DNA of 64,000 nt from Takakia lepidozioides (taxonomy: Eukaryota > Plantae > Bryophyta): contig CM060731.1 in assembly GCA_030704615.1 (NCBI GenBank), positions 29,512,001 through 29,576,000 of the forward strand, written 5' to 3'. The notes beneath the pieces were generated by a model. The model ran no database searches. It saw only the letters and a program-made list of their open reading frames with translations, and had not been told where the DNA came from. How positions within the stretch are numbered: the stretch's first letter is position 1; every line of letters begins with the position of its first letter. The position numbers and the translations under genes are program-made. Shown here in pieces: positions 49,623 to 61,470 of the stretch.

Positions 49623-52600
49623 TTAAATGTCAGGGTCCTCTCTGACCATGCCCTCTGGCTGAGTGTCCAGACTTGGCACAAATGGTTTTAGGTCTCGTCG
49701 GCTTCTTATCCATTCCCTTCCTGCCCCATCTTTCAGTCTGCACCGTCTTCCAGCCTCTCCTGTCTTTGTTGTGCTTTCTACATCTTTGTAGCCCATGAAG
49801 TCATAGGGCTCTTCCCATGGGGAGGTCATCGCAGATTGCTTTCCAGGTCTTAACATCATCACTTTACTGTTTTCCAACAGTGTACAGTAGTTGTGGCCTG
49901 CTCGGTGTCTTTTTTCATAATCCCTTGTTTGCTGACGCTGCCCCTTCTTCACACTTCTTTTCAGCTCAGCCTTCATTGCTGTAAGAAGTTGAATCTTCTC
50001 TTGCATCATAAGTGTGACCTCAGCAATAGATCCATCAAAGTTTACCGCTGCAGAGATATAGCTCAATCTGTTGTCCATTCCCAGTCGTGGAGTTCTACTA
50101 GTCAGCACCTGATAAGGTGAGAATCCTGTCGTAGCATGTACTCCCATCCTGTATCCAAACAAGGCTTTGCATAGATTTTCGTCCCACTCAGTGTCGTTTC
50201 CAACCCCCAACGTTGTAATACTTTGCTTGAGGGATTTAATCACCCTTTCCACCATGCCATTGCACTGGGGCCAATAGGGTGCACTGTGCTCCCTCTTTAT
50301 CCCGTATTTCTAGCACGGCTCTTCGAATTCCCCTTCCCACTCCATTCCATTGTCAGTAAGCAACGTGTGGGGGCAACTGTATCTGTCTATCACTTCCTCC
50401 ACCAGAAAGCGGGCAGTGAGGGCTGCAGTGTGATCTGCTACTGGCGCAGCCTCTACCCATTTTGAGAAGTGATCTATCGCCACAAGAAAGTATTGATTAC
50501 CTCTGGCACTGACAGGTAATGGTCCAGCAGTGTCAATTGCAACTTTGAAAAATAGATCCACTACTGGAATGTTGTGGAGTCTTGAGCTTCCCGATCGCAA
50601 CACTCCATTCTACTTGGTCGACTGACACTCAACACAGCTCTTGAGCACTTGTCTGATGAGTACTATCATGCCAGAATAATCGCCTACATACCTCCTCTTG
50701 CGTTCTGCGAATCCCAAAGTGACTGGCCTTATGAACCTCCTTGATTAGTGCCTCTCTGTCCTTCTTTGGTGGAACTACCTTACCCTCAAAGTAAACTTCC
50801 CCTTTCAGATAGGAGTATTGTTTTGTTCGCTACCTGGTTCTCTTCTTTTCTGCTTTTGTAAGATAATCATTGACCTCTCCAAAGCATAAAAGATGCATGA
50901 CTTCCACATCCTCAAGTATGTCAAGTTCTCTCTCTTCCTTACCAGCTGCTGTTCCTTGGTTGTCTGAGCTCACTAGTGATTCCTCCCCCCACTTCTCGGC
51001 TGCATGTAATAATGACATCTGAACAGCCTTGGTAGGTGTACTACATTGCAACCAACCCTTCTTGAAGGCCTCCTTGCAGTATGGAGAACCTTGTCCTGAG
51101 TGATTGGTCCCCTCACTAGTGTCTGAAGAGTAAAATATCTTGGTGGAGCACTCACCCCTCATATGGCCTCTAGCTGGGCACTCTGATGATGTGGTTACAT
51201 GAATCCTCCCTTTTGTCTCCTCTCTTGAACTGTGTTGAAGAGAAGCAGTTTCTTCAGAGTCTCCCTCTTCGTTTTGTGATCCTTCCTCCTCATGTACATT
51301 AGTTGGCTGCTCCCTGGCTGGTTCATGGTCTCGAGTATGAGATCCTCGTGTGGTCACCACATTGATGGTGGGACATGAGAACATCAACTCAGTCTCGTCC
51401 GTGCCCTTGGTTGCAATAACAACCTCTTTTCCTGCACCCACATTTTTCCAGATACTTCCCCCAACCAGATTAATAGATACTTGGCCAATGCCTTCTCGTT
51501 GTTTTATGGCTGCAAAAGTTACTTTCCTTTCTTCCCTGTCTAGCATGATGCCTGGCTCTGGCCCCCTTTTCAGGATACCATGAGCATAACCCTTGGTCAA
51601 CATGCTCCCTTTGGAGAACCTATCTACCATAGGAACAAACTCAAATGAAAAGTCACCCAGCAAGTCTGTGCCACTATGGTATTCTAAACATAGCTACCCA
51701 AATCCGTTTCCAAAGAAAAATGACTCCCCAACAGTCTCTCCTTGAAATGCCAAAGACCCCATACACATGCATAATACTCTTCTCTTTTGCAGAGCATTTC
51801 CCCTCTCTCATTGCTGTAGCCAACTTGCATACGAGCCTGTTCTCTCAACTCTTCCCTGCCGTCTTCATACTGAAACATAGAAGCTATAATGGCACCCTTT
51901 TCCCACTCTAGCTTAAGGAGATAGGCCCCATCCCTCTTTCTCCCCTCCCTTTTTTGACTGTGGAGAGACGTAGAGTATACCTCGCGTTCCTCAGTCTCCT
52001 CTGCTGGTCCCACTGGATACTTGCTTAGTGCATCTACGTTAGCATGCCTAGCACTCGCCCTATGAACAATTTTGAACTCAAAGTCTTGCAACATCATGAT
52101 CCATCTACCCCTGCGTCCATAGGCGTCACTTACTGTTGCCAACCACTCAAGTGGTTTATGATCAGTTCTGATCACAAAGGGGGTTCCATACAGATCCTGC
52201 CTGAATTGTAAAACTCCCCACACTAAGGCATAGCATTCTCCCTCCATAGGGTGATATTTGCGCTGAGCATCAGATAATACTTTACTGGCATAAGCAATTA
52301 CCCTCTCCTTCTTACACTCCTTTTCTGACAAAACTGCCCCCACCCCTTTGATGGACCAGTCTACGTCTAGGATGAATGGTTTTGAGAAATCTGGCCTGGC
52401 CAGAATGGGTGCAGTGACCAGCTTTACTTGCAGGGCAGAAAAAGCGTTTTGTGCCTCTGCATTCCAGCTGAACTTTACATCCTTCTTGGTCAGAGTGAAC
52501 AAAGGCACTGCCACTCCAGCATACCCCTTGACATGGGGCCTATAATACCCCGTCATCCCTAGATAACACTTGACTGCAATATCGTTCTTAGGCAGGGGAA

Positions 52601-54924
52601 ATCTTTCAATTGCAGCTATCTTATCTGGGTCAGGCCAGGTACCCTCTTCAAAAACCACATGACCAAGAAATACCAACTGCAGATTGGCAAAGGTACACTT
52701 GTCAGGGTTGAGCCTAAGATTGGCCCTCTTCAGTTTTTTCAGTACCTTTTTTATGTGCCCCATGTGATCTGCCCAATCCTTGCTATGTATGTTAACGTCA
52801 TCTACAAAGACCTTAGCACAGTCTTTGATCTCTTCCTTAAGTACCATGTTCATTGCCCTCTGAAAAGTGGTAGTGGCATTTTTCAGTCCAAATGGCATGA
52901 CAAGCCATTCATACAATCCCTTCTTTGTAATTATAGCAGTTTTGCTTATGTCATGGTCAACCATTTTGATCTGCCAGAAACCAGATTGCAGATCCAGTGC
53001 AGAAAACCACTTGGATTTTCCCAATTGGTTCAAAACATCTTGTATCAGTGGCATAGGGTACGAGTCCCTCCTAGTCAGGCGGTTCACAGGCCTAAAATCA
53101 CCACAAAAGCGTTTGGACCCATCCTTCTTGGGTGGAAGGGTGACTGGACATGACCACTCTGAACTACTCTCTCTCATCTTGCCTTGCAAGATCAAAGTCT
53201 CAATTTGCCCTTGCACTTCATTTTCCTCCCACTCTGACAGACGACTGGGACGGCTTTTGCATGGAGGAAACCCTTGGGTGTCAATCGTGTGTTCCACTTC
53301 ACTGCAATAACCCAAGTCAGCCTTGCTGAGAGCAAAGCATTCCTGGTTTTCTCGCAATTCTTGTTCCAATTCCAATCTATGTTCCTGAGCTAGGTCTAGC
53401 CTTTAGGCTTCTCCAGCGACTCTCCATTTTTTCTTCATGGCTGGGATCCCAACCCTCTCCCTCTACACTGTGCAAAGAGCTAGCTACCCTCATCCCTTCC
53501 TCCTGTGTAACGATCTGATTCCAGTCATGGAAATCATCCTCAATTTCAACGTTGTTGTTTCCTAATTCCCCGTCCCAAGCTTTCTGACATGCTTCTTGTA
53601 TGATAGAAGCAGCCATGCTCCGATGAGTCTGTTCCCGAAGTAGTGCAGACATCCTTTGGTCCTCGAACACGTCTTCCTCTAGGTTATCCTCATCAATGAT
53701 ACTCTCAACATCTCTTAGAGCTGAATCTATCCCCTCACTCTGATCAGATTCTTCCATTTCTTCATCTTTGTCAGATTCAGAATTGTCCGAATTTGGAGTT
53801 TCTTCCTCCGTGTCCATAAATTCTTCCTTAGGCTCCCTCTCTTCCTCCCACAAGCCCAAATATTGCTCATCTGTGGACAGGGACAGTACACTACAAACTG
53901 CTACAGAGTTTGCTGGCCTCTCTTCCCTTGCAGATCCTCTCTGGCACTCTGGTTTGGTGGCAGCAGGTCCTACATAATTTATGGTGTGTACAGGGAAATG
54001 GGCAAAATCCTTGCCTGGACCGTAGCATATGCGAATTGTCTCGGCTTCGGTGTCTACCACAGCCCCAAACTTTTTCAAAAAGTCCAGCCCAAGAAGCATG
54101 TGATATGTATCCGTGTTCACCACCATGAAGGACAGGCGGTTTGTTAGTTCTCCCACCTTGACCTTGAGATCCTCTAGTCTGCCCATTGCAGTCTCAAGAG
54201 CACCTGATGCTACTCTATAATTTACATCCTTATCAGTAACAACAGATCCCATCAAGCCAAGATCCCTGACAGTACTTGCAGATACCAGTGAAAGCATTGC
54301 ACTCGTATCAATCTGGCCTAAAACTTGGTAATCTCCCACTGTGATCATTGCCTTTGACCTTACCAGTGTAAGCATAGGATATGGTGGGCTCAGCAGTTGC
54401 AGAATACAGTGGCTTTGGAACATCCCTCATAGCTGCTACACTGTGAGTTGCCTCCTTCTGCTGCACAATTGCCCTCTCTACCACTTTGACCAAGCCTTTC
54501 AGTTTGTCTAACTCTCCAAGCACGGTCATGATAAGGGCCATGGGAGACAATGAAATTCTCCCCTTGTAGAAGTGATTTAAAATTCTGGACTTAGTTCCTC
54601 CTTCTATAGCAGCCTTGAAATTGTTCTTTGGGTAAATCTCACCTCTGGCCTTACTTGGCTGTTCACTACTCTCACCACTCCTCTCTGGTAATTCTGTAGG
54701 CTGAACAACAGGATTGTGGACAGGATACGGTTTCTTGGAAGTCTAACCTCGTTGACACTGTTCTGTGCCATCAGAGTTGTCATTTCTGCAAACATATCGT
54801 CCTCATCATCACAGAGCACGTCTACATAGTTAGTTCCCGGAGCTCCCATCACAGTTTGCTCAAGTTTTCTACTGCACTCACTCTCACTATGCCCTAGTAC
54901 CTTTCAGAAGTTGCATCTCACACC
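49623..54924 (-). mobile_element. Non-chromo Ty3/gypsy element 3: gag C-terminus, PR, RT, RH, second RH-like domain, spacer and IN
   Basis: Zn knuckle CNF*KVLGHSESEC. PR has QIDTSA and LLGLDFL. RT has ALDLQSGFWQI, MPFGLKNA and FVDDV. RH has ILDVDWS and ECYALVWG..TDHKPL. IN has IDTAGPLP, TDNG.E and QCNGMVER. No chromodomain. Confidence 0.95.
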
Positions 54925-55639
54925 ACACATTTCCGTGGAATGCCCAAATCGGTGACATTTGTCACACTTAACTTGGGTTCTTCCCCATAGATACTCCGTT
55001 TCTCGAGTTTTTTGTGCCGTCGGAACACACCGATGTCGATGAAGGAGGGCGGAGCTCCGCCCTCCCGCCGCCTCCCGCCGCCACCGTAGCTAAACTCCGT
55101 AGTCATGACTAATCTTCTAGGGTTCCGATATTTGTTTAGCTATTCTGTGTACTTTCTCCTCCTCGCTTGTCAGCTCCGCTATTCACACCTCGACTACCGC
55201 ACTTGCAATCCTTGGGATTTGACATGTATTCATCTCCATATGGTACAGTGGACTACACGACTACATGTCATGACTGGGCTCCCCGCCACGCATAGCTGCC
55301 CGTGGTGGTCGACTCTACCCCCCCCCCCCCCCCCGCCATCGTTGCTGCTGCCCTGAGTACGGGCTCACCATTGTGAAGAGAAGGTCCCCGGTCTCTGCAA
55401 CCCCAACAACCTCTATCGTCTTGCCGGGATGGCCCCCGCCCGAGACTCTACTTGGCGCTGCGAAGACTTCTTTGCTGCAGAGATTCCCGCACTACACTCT
55501 CCAAAGTTCTCTCAAGTGCATAAGTTCCACTCCCCCACCCTCCTTAGACACTACTTTACCATCATGTCAGGCTTCCACAACAGACAGAACTCAGCAAGGT
55601 AACGAGACTTCCATAGCCCCAGCGTACTTGTCATTGCAA

Positions 55640-58600
55640 AATCAGCTGACGATCACATCCCAAAGAAGCATTCTCTATGAAGGGGGCATTCACCCCCGCG
55701 TTTGGATGGCCCCTGGTTTCTTGCAAATGAGCATCGAATTGGTGGGCGTCCTTGTAGAAACAGAAAAGGAGTACACAATCTGTATGCTCGGCTGGACCCT
55801 GTTCCCAGCGAAAGAGGCCAAGAAATCGACTCAGTATTACAACGCTATGGTGCAGATGCAGTATCCTCGCCGGCTATCTCTCACCATCCGGCTTACTATA
55901 AGCAAAGATCTTTCAGCTGAATCACTCATGCCCGTCTATTTGCTCAAGTACACGCCCCCCTCACAAGCATCTCGAACATTTCAATGCGAGGGCGATTCCG
56001 AATTCCACACCTGCTGGCTTCTTTGTTGCTAGGCTACCCGTGTACTTAGCAGATGATCCGTGTAAGCCCGTGGAGGGAAACAGTTACTTGCTGGGTTCTT
56101 GTTTGGTTGAAACGCAACGTGCCTTGACCTGCGGAGAGCAACAGCCCCAAATCAGCCCTGTCATATTCCTCCGGGCAGCAATCAGCCGTGCAGCCATTAC
56201 CAGGGCAGCAGTTACAAGGTGAGCAGCAATGGCACAACCTGCAGCAGCCACAATGGCTTCAATTCCAGCGGTCGTTACGAGTACAAGAGACACCGCACCT
56301 AATTGCCCGCCGTCCAAGTGAACCATCTGATCATGACAAAAACGATCAAGCCAGCAACAATCAGCTCTGGTTGGGTCAGCCTTGCTCAGATTCTCCACAG
56401 TGGTGGTTTCATAGTGGTCAAGCAAAATCTGGTGGTCGAGCAAATTCCGTAGATGTCAATTGGATGCTGCTCCAGAGCAATGCAGATTCCCTAGCTGATG
56501 GGCTTGACTGTCCCCTGTGTTCAAGTACGCACCGCCCAAGCCAGCATCCAAAAAACTTCAACACGGGCGATCACTCACTCAATACACCAACTAGGCCTGA
56601 TGTTCTAGACAGACTCGGGTATTTTGCTGCAGCTCTTGGTGGTGAACACCCCACCCCTGCATCTCGAATTCTTGTTATGAATGGGCACACTCCTGAGGTA
56701 GATGGCCCTTGGAGAAATAAGCATAGGCAGCTCTGCATGGGGGCATGTCTTGCAGGTGTAACAAACAGGGATACATGTGGTGATTGTGGCATCAAAACCA
56801 GCCCCCACTCTCGAGAGGATCTCTCTCTCATGCTGCGCAGGAATGTGGAAGACATCACCTCCAGTATCATGCCTTCACACCGTCCCATTCCCCCTAATCT
56901 TGCAAAGAACAACGATCTGAGTGGTTATTGTGATCTCAAAATCTGCCCCCACATTCGAGCTGATTTCTCTCTCAAGCAGCGCCGCATTGTGGATCAGCTC
57001 AACTACCAAGATAGCGATGAGCTTGTGGTACTATGGAACTATGCCAAGGCTGCAGAGGAGTGGGCAGCTCCTGCAGGGGGTGCTGTAGTTGTTCCAAATG
57101 TCACTCTACACACTGCCCTGGCAGATCTGGGAAAGGGCAAAGTGGTCCATGGCGACATCTTCAGAGCTACAATTGTACCAACTGTCACTCTGAACAATAC
57201 CATGGTGGACATGTATGCAAAATGTGGGTGCATCGAGGATGCAAAGGGAGTGTTTGACACTATGGCTGAACGAGATATGATGTCATGGAATGCGATGCTT
57301 GCAGGTTCTGTTGTAGCTGTACCTAATGTCATTCTGCACACTGCCCTGGCACATCTGGAAAAGGGCAAAGAGGCCCAAGGCGACATCTCCAGAGCTGGAA
57401 CCGTACCAACTATCATCTTGAACAATATCTTGGTGGACATGTATGCAAAATGTTTTGATGTCTCTGTACCAAATGCCATTCTGCACACTGCCCCGGCAGA
57501 TCTGGATAAGGGCAACGAGGTCCATGGCGATATCTTCAGAGCTGGAATTGTACCAGCTGTCACTTTGAACAATACCCTGGTGGACATGTATGCAAAATAT
57601 GGGCGCATCGAGGATGCAAAGGAAGTGTTTGACACTATGGTTGAACGAGACTTGGTGTTGTGGAATGCACTGCCTGCAGGCATTGCTGTAGTTGTACCAA
57701 ATATCACTGTGCACATTGCATTGGCAGATCTGGAAAAGGGCAAAGAGGTCCATGGCGACATCCTCAGAGCTGGAATTGTACCAACTGTCATTCTGAACAA
57801 TGCCCTGGTGGACATGTCTGCAAAACGTGAGTGCATCGAGGATGCAAAGGGCGTGTTTGACACCCTGGCTGAACGAGATGGGGTGTCGTGGAATGCGATG
57901 CTTGTAGGTTTTGCATGGCAGGGACGTGGTATGGCGGCTTTGCCCAGCGCCGCTCCTACCTACCCCACCACCTTGGCGTCCTCCCATAAACAGCAAATGA
58001 ATTTCCCGCTACCCCAGCGTCCTCTGACTTACAGGGAACCCTCTCACCTCATATCATCTTTGTGGTCGCTCCCTTCTTTCTTTCTGGTCAGCTGTCCTCT
58101 GAATCCATATCCGATAAGTTCCCTCCATGATTTGCAGTTGTTGTGCTATGGACTACTCACTAATCACATGTGGCGTTCCAACCTCCTGCAGGCACAATTG
58201 CATAGAATGAGCATTCCTGAGAATTTAACTCGAGGAAAGTACAACTCTCAAGCAGGCTATTTTCCAAGCGTGGACCACTCAGCACTCTTGGTCTTCTCTC
58301 CCCAAGCTACTTGGGTACACTGGCTCTCTCGATTCCAAACAATTTTACACACTTGTTACTCTCCCCACACAATTGTACACATTGATTTTTACTCCATGCT
58401 CCTACTCAATTCTCATAAATGTTATTTCTCGGATGACTGCCACTCAATACACTACCACTCTCTTTTTGATATTCGGAGCTACTGGCTACGTCAGGAAAAT
58501 GCTACCTTTGGAAAATGCTACCTTCGGAAAATGTTACCTCGGGAAAATGTTACCTCTGGAAAATGCTACCTCGGGAAAATGCTACCTCACTCTAGTGCTA

Positions 58601-58704
58601 TCCATACTATTTCCAAACAATTTTACACCATGATCTTTACCCTCTGTTCTCACTCAAAACAATTCTACACCATGATCTTCACTCTCTGTTCTCATTCAAA
58701 ATAA
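55640..58704 (+). pseudogene. Chimeric region: degenerate gag-like sequence leading into an 838-codon ORF with tandem PLS-type PPR fragments
   Basis: Gag-like remnants ASNWWASL and FVARLP, then CPLCSSTH. 57070-57925 has four copies of GKxVHGDI.RAGIVPTV.LNN.LVDMYAK, three of them followed by (G.)IEDAK.VFDT..ERD..(S)WNA. Confidence 0.6.
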
Positions 58705-58740
58705 TTCTACACCGTGATCTTCACTCTGTTCTCATACAAT
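58494..58740. repeat. Minisatellites: ~19-bp GGAAAATG(C/T)TACCT x5 and 44-bp x3
   Basis: Direct inspection. Confidence 0.85.
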
Positions 58741-59057
58741 GATTTTTACAAAATCCATTGCCATCACTATGGTCCTTTGGGAGGCATATCATCCATCTTC
58801 TATCAATTACATTCTATCACAAATCCCACCGCACCAGAGACTCTCTGTGCGTGCAACAATTTGCTCTTACAAAAATCTTCATTACTACTTTCATCCGTGT
58901 TCCCCCAATCATACCACCCGCCTTCACATCCCCTTTACCCATAATCGCCACCTCACCCAATCACAGGACTCTTCATCCGCCCCACTGCCCGATCTCATCC
59001 ATCCATGGATGTCGTCCACTTATCCTCTCTCCCCCACTCTAGTTAATTATATACTCT

Positions 59058-59406
59058 CTACATCCCATTTATTTTCCCCAAATCTTCCAAAGCCTCAAAT
59101 GCCATCTGCAGCCGCTTGGCCATCTTTGTCTGTTTGTAGTTGAACACGGGTGTTATGCGCTTGTGCTGAATTCCGTACAGCCTGCATGTGTTGGTAAAAC
59201 TCTCGCCCCACTCTTCATCGTCATTGGAGAGAATCGCTTCAGGGCATCCGTAACGCAAGATCATTACCTCTCTGAGGCAACGATTGATGCAAGCTGGGAT
59301 GCGTTCTGCCAGCGGGCTAGTCTCCACACTGCCTGAATGGGGATCAACAGCCACAAACATAAACCTTTTTCCTTGCCTTGTTGCTGGGACTGGACCTGCA
59401 ATGTCC
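59058..59406 (-). mobile_element. Older, degenerate Ty3/gypsy integrase core, the target of the element 3 insertion
   Basis: DIAGPVP..KRFMFVAVD..RYGCPEAILSND..YGIQHKRITP. Abuts the LTR start. Confidence 0.8.
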
Positions 59407-61470
59407 TGTAGTGTGAAACCAGTGGGGGTGTGTTTTCCACTCACACTGAATTTTATGGGTATGCAGGGAAGAAATCTGAGGCCTAGAGTTGAATTTTCCT
59501 AAGTCATTTATGTTTGAAGGATGTGAACCCCTTGTATTTTTCATTCGTTGGGGACGTCATTCATCTGATGTTGCCCTAGATTCACGGGGAAGATGACGAG
59601 GGAACGGATTGCGGGAAGATGCGTAGGTGCTGCAATGGATTAGCAGAGCTGTTTTGTCAAGGGTGACTAACCCTGTTGTGCTGGCTGGATTTACCTTGAA
59701 GCCTGATGAGTAGTATTGGGGAAACAAAAGGGTAGCGTGGTAATCTGTGCACCATCCAGAAGGAGAAGCGGTGCCGCTTCTGTCTTGATGAATTCTTGAC
59801 GTCGAGCTTGCTGGAGGATAAGCCTACAAGGAAACAGCGTGGTGAAATGTGCTCGTGCCAGGTGAAGGGAGGCGGTGCCATCATCATTTAGCTACTTTAA
59901 GGAGTGGGGATCGCTGGAGGATAGGCCTACGGTGGAATGAGCACTTTGACACTATGTGTTGTTGACAGAAAGGAAGGGCAGTGCCGTCGCTGCCTTGAAG
60001 GGATATAGATCTAGGCCTGCTGAGAGATGAGGAGAGTTGTGGGGGGAACAACTGTAGATATGCATAAGGGCTATGGCCACAGTAGCTCGTTGTCAAAATT
60101 GTAGATCTCATCTTAGGGTAAGATAGCGGTTATGAGGGGAGAAACAAGAGTTGTCTGACAAGATGGTAAGGGGGCTGCTAGGAGCGAGCAGAACTGTCAG
60201 GCCTTGATGAACTCTTAAGATTACTAAGAACTAGATTCGAATTAGACAGAAGGGGATTTATGCCCCCTTCTTTTGGTATCAGAGCTTCGCTGAATCTGAA
60301 CTGTTTAGTTAGGATATTTTGATTGGAACTGGTGCTGGATTGATGGCAGGCAGAGACCACACCCTGATTCCTAATGAGCCAAGCATTGGGGATTTTTGAT
60401 TTGCTTTAGCCGCCGCTCAACGAATGCCTATGCAAAGCCACGTTTGTATTTCTTTAACCCTGCGTGGAGAATAGTTGATGGTGACTTCTGTCTTAGGGTG
60501 ATACATGCTGGTGGGAGAACTACTATTGTACTGTGGATATGTGAAGTAGGAAGATGGGAAAAGATAAATACCATGGCACGGGAGGTGATATGGGGAGGTA
60601 GAGTTGAGATGTTGAGAAATGGACAGTGGGAGTGGTATAGAGGTCAACATTAGGGCATCTGTAGGAAGAGTTAGAACACTTTAGGTGTCAGACCAGTTTA
60701 GAATTCAGTCAAGGAGAGGTAAGATGACCAGTCCAACTAGCATAGACGTACCTTATCATGGTAGGAATAGCGAAGATGTAAATGACTGGTTGGAGAGAAT
60801 ACAAATGGGGGCAGATGTCATGGATTTGAATGAAGACAAAACCTTCAAGGTGGCAAGGCTTAATCTGTGAGCCAAGGCTGATGAATGGTACCGTAAACAA
60901 AACCCTAGACCAAGCAACTAGGAGGATTTCAGGGTAGCCATAGCTGCAAAATTTGTGGTCATTGATATGGCAGAAATCAGATTAAGGATGGATGTCATCA
61001 AACAGGAAAATAGACAGAGGGTTCAGACCTATTTTGATAGGTTAAACCGCCTGTTTATGAGAAGTGAGGCGTCTGATTTGGAGCAGAGACGTAGATTCAT
61101 AGGGGGTCTGAGACCAGAGATAGCAAGAGTAATGTTGGGCAGGCACTTTTCTGATGTAGAGGAAGCGCTTGAGACAGCCATTGAGATTGAGAGGGGTTTG
61201 GGAAAGCTAGGGGAGATACCTCTAGAACCCTTGGATGGAGAAGACACAGATGAGTCAATTGTGTTTGTCAGCCCTATGGATCGAAGACTTGATCAGCTAA
61301 ACACCACCCTGCAAAAAGTATTTCGAAAGAGGACCGGTCATAGGAGAGAGCTCGGGATCTAGAACACCACCTCGCATTCGCCTCTGTAATACCTGTCATG
61401 AAGAGGGTCACATAGCTGCATATTGTCCCAAGGGAAGAACCCAGAGAGAGAGAGAAGACTCCAGCCAAGG
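59407..61470 (+). mobile_element. 5' part of element 3: LTR (59407-~60271), Met-tRNA PBS (60274-60285) and gag N-terminus
   Basis: PBS TGGTATCAGAGC. gag has YHGRNSEDVNDWL, IKQENRQRVQTYF, RRFIGGLRPEI and the knuckle CNTCHEEGHIAAYC. Confidence 0.93.

Noticed and set aside
57039-57996. Long antisense ORFs (274 and 237 aa)
   Set aside because: They are shadows of the repeated PPR frame.
48784-60223. Giant TIR transposon bounded by ~820-bp inverted repeats
   Set aside because: The repeats are LTRs (TG start, PBS after one, IN before the other) reoriented by an inversion.
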